A stretch of DNA of 63,852 nt from Oculina patagonica (Eukaryota). The stretch is taken from assembly GCF_052425735.1 (NCBI RefSeq), contig NC_135770.1, forward strand, positions 17,174,149 through 17,238,000, written 5' to 3'. A program made the translations under genes and the position numbers. Below, piece after piece: positions 61,279 through 63,852 of the stretch. Each line of letters opens with the position of its first letter. Within the stretch, counting starts at the first letter, position 1. The notes beneath the pieces were generated by a model that ran no database searches, was not told the DNA's origin, and saw only the letters and a list, made by a program, of their open reading frames with translations.

Positions 61279-61379
61279 AAAATACGATTTAAAATACGTA
61301 AATTAAGGTGATTAAAATTAACGCGAAGTTTCAAAATACGTGTTAATTACTTGCATCGTAAATTTCCTATAATACGGTA
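61279..61379 (-). repeat. End of a dispersed repeat; 61296-61346 is the reverse complement of 6543-6593
   Basis: 51-bp inverted match with one mismatch. The minus strand begins TACCGTATTATAGG, which looks like a DNA transposon terminus. Confidence 0.65.
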
Positions 61380-62551
61380 ATAGATCTCGGTTAATTTTAA
61401 TTATTTTTGTAAAAAGAAGGTTTTGGAATATATAGTCGTTCAAAATCAACCACTTGTTTAAAACTCCCTGGGTTAATTATTTAACAGGCGACAAATGAAG
61501 TTGCTTTACAGGATGTGTCATTTATTTTTCTCGCTAATTGATGGAGAACGGGTGTCACTACTCTAGGCCATAATAATACGTTTTGCCACAACTGCCAAAA
61601 ACCAGAATCAGAACCAGAATCTATTTTAGCCAAACTTGGGACACTCTTGCAGGAGTTGATTGCATTTAGTAATATTAGAGGCCTTCTCATAATGAGGCGT
61701 GATTGACATGATAAAATTAGCGCGATCGAAGGCCTGAAGCAGTTCACGGCAAAATGGTTGTGTACACATAGGAAAAGATCATTTTTTCCAACTTGAAAAT
61801 GGGACGTTTGGCTTCACCACATGAACTTCTGCTTATTCCCCATTTACAGATCCTGATTTCTACTGAATTCGTGTGTTAACTAAGTTTCGAAATTAACGTG
61901 AAACGTTGGGAATATGAAGATCAGCTCAGTAAGTGATGGACGGCACTCATTTCCTGTAAACTGTACAGATCATAAGCTATTTGTTTTTCAATTTGCAAGA
62001 CGTATTTTATATTACCACCTACACTGGGCTAAAAAACAGTAGCACAGATTAAAATAAGCAACAACTTAACGATTAACTGGTGTAAGAATAATACTTTGAT
62101 TTACCTTCCCTGAAAAAACCAATGGCCTCCAGACGTTTGCTCGACTTTAGCGAGGTAGTATTTGTTGGCCAGCTATAGGCTGCTTGAATTGATTTAAATA
62201 TTTTTTATTGGAAAACCTCGCAATCAATCACAATGTTTGTCTTTGTCTCGTGCACAAATAAGCTATTCAGTTATAGCGCCTGTTTATAAATGTATTTTGA
62301 AAAAGTCTCCTTCGAATGAAAAAAATTGAAAACAAAAGAGTTTCTTAAATGCAAAAGACGCACACAGCTAAGCAAATCAGTAAACCATAAAAAACAAATT
62401 GGTATTATAAATAAAAAATATCTGAAGGTAAGGCTAGGTGTTTATTCAATATATCATGAGACAGAAAACTATTTGGTCATGCCGAGCAGATGTTGCTACT
62501 TTCTGTAAACATTTGGAACATCAATATGGCACAGGCACCAGTATAACCTAA

Positions 62552-62724
62552 AGGCCGATTTACACGGTACCATTTTGTCGCATACGACATGCTTGCGACA
62601 TGCTTACGACAGACCTACGACACGAATTGTGTCGTGTAAATCAAACCTACAACTCGCTTACGACTATCGTAGGCGTGTCGCAAGCTTATCGAATACGACA
62701 AAATCGTCCCGTGTAAATCGGCCT
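62552..62724. mobile_element. PIF/Harbinger-type MITE, TAA target duplication
   Basis: taa-AGGCCGATTTACACGG...CCGTGTAAATCGGCCT-taa. Confidence 0.85.
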
Positions 62725-63689
62725 TAAGAAATACACTACATGTTGCACATTTTGGTGTTGCTTTGGCAACACTCTCGGTTCCAGATCTCTTTCATGCGGA
62801 TATTGCAATCCCGGGTTTTGATCCATTCAAAACCTATTTTCCATCTTTGGGGTCATTTGGGTATCTAGCGCAACGAGCACATTACGTATGTTTGGAATGA
62901 CACCATTTACTTCTCCCCGTAAAGATATTTGATTCAAAGAAGAAAGAAACTGTAACCAAAAGTGTTGCCATAGCAACATAAACATATATACCCATTTTTG
63001 GGTAAATACGTCTATGGCCTTTTAGTTAAAATGCTCATGAAAAAGTTCTTAACAGAAAGAACTAATCTCTACAATGAAAAATTAGCTTACCAAAACGTTA
63101 TTTGAGTCTAAACTGAGTTGTTTTGGGAAAAAGAATGAAAGATGGAGCGATTTAGGAAACTGTGTCCCTGTCGTGATAAAAGCTGCGTTTGTCGACACGT
63201 CCTCGTAGGATTTGGCATCTCATTTAAAAAGCCAATTAGCCATGAACAAGAACTAAAAGGTTTTGTAACATATGGTGCATAAGCTGGGTTTATGTAAGAT
63301 CATTGATACACGTCAGAAAAACGGCCAATCTGCGTTTTACAGGGTTTATTTGGTATGATCATGGTTTTTTGCCCATCATTTTTCGACCGGGTGAGTGCTT
63401 TAAAGTTCAACCATAAATACAAATGTTGACTAGTTAACTATAAGACGAGCAAGACAACTGTGGAAAAAAGTTTCGTTTTATCTTAAAATACCTATAGATA
63501 TTTCTTCTACTAATACACTGTAACGGGCCACGGTATCGTGACATGGCCGCCATAAATGGGACCTTCTATATCTGGAAGATCATGTGCATTGTTGACGAGG
63601 ACGAGTTTATTCGATCGAAGCGAGCGAGCTAAAAAGCAAAAAAATGATTATCCTTGTTACTAGTTAAGTTGTTTATTCTTTACCCGTCT

Positions 63690-63852
63690 GTAAGTAAGTA
63701 AGTAACCTTTATTTTGACACGATAAAAAATTTAAAGCTGAGTAGCTTGTGGGGTCGTGTATAAAATAATCTAGAAATGAATTAAAAATACTAAAAAATAT
63801 ATATAAAATACAATAAAAAGTCCTTTCGCTAAAGAAGAATGTATCTCAACTC
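63690..63852 (-). mobile_element. LINE 3' end with (TTAC)n tail, running off the window
   Basis: The minus strand reads AATAAAGG(TTAC)n. Confidence 0.55.

Noticed and set aside
60693-61334. 213-aa ORF
   Set aside because: Spans the N gap.
61481-62960. Possible minus-strand exon remnants right of the gap
   Set aside because: Short frames with stops and no motif I can identify; this would need TBLASTX.

Overview
Eukaryotic, AT-rich, repeat-dense genomic DNA. The gene families and repeats look cnidarian, probably a stony coral (inference). From left to right: (1) a 6.5-kb Sola3-like DNA transposon (3-6542) with ~800-bp TIRs, a TTAA target site and a decayed DDD transposase; (2) three tandem class A GPCR genes with uninterrupted CDS; (3) two tandem genes for a secreted protein with a fibrinogen-related N-terminus, one apparently intact and one with a nonsense codon; (4) a 730-aa chondroitin sulfate synthase gene with two coding exons, whose predicted non-coding first exon and promoter are paralogous to those of the fibrinogen-related gene; (5) a ~9-kb Helentron/HINE-like element (subTIRs plus 3' hairpin) carrying a decayed spliced gene (E/R-rich repeats, OTU protease, CCHC knuckle) and an antisense tRNA-like Pol III unit; (6) L2/CR1-type LINE remnants, a Penelope end with a hammerhead ribozyme, SINEs, Crypton-like fragments, many MITEs, a tandem array and a 500-N gap. 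All alignments were made by eye, so boundaries of degenerate repeats are approximate.
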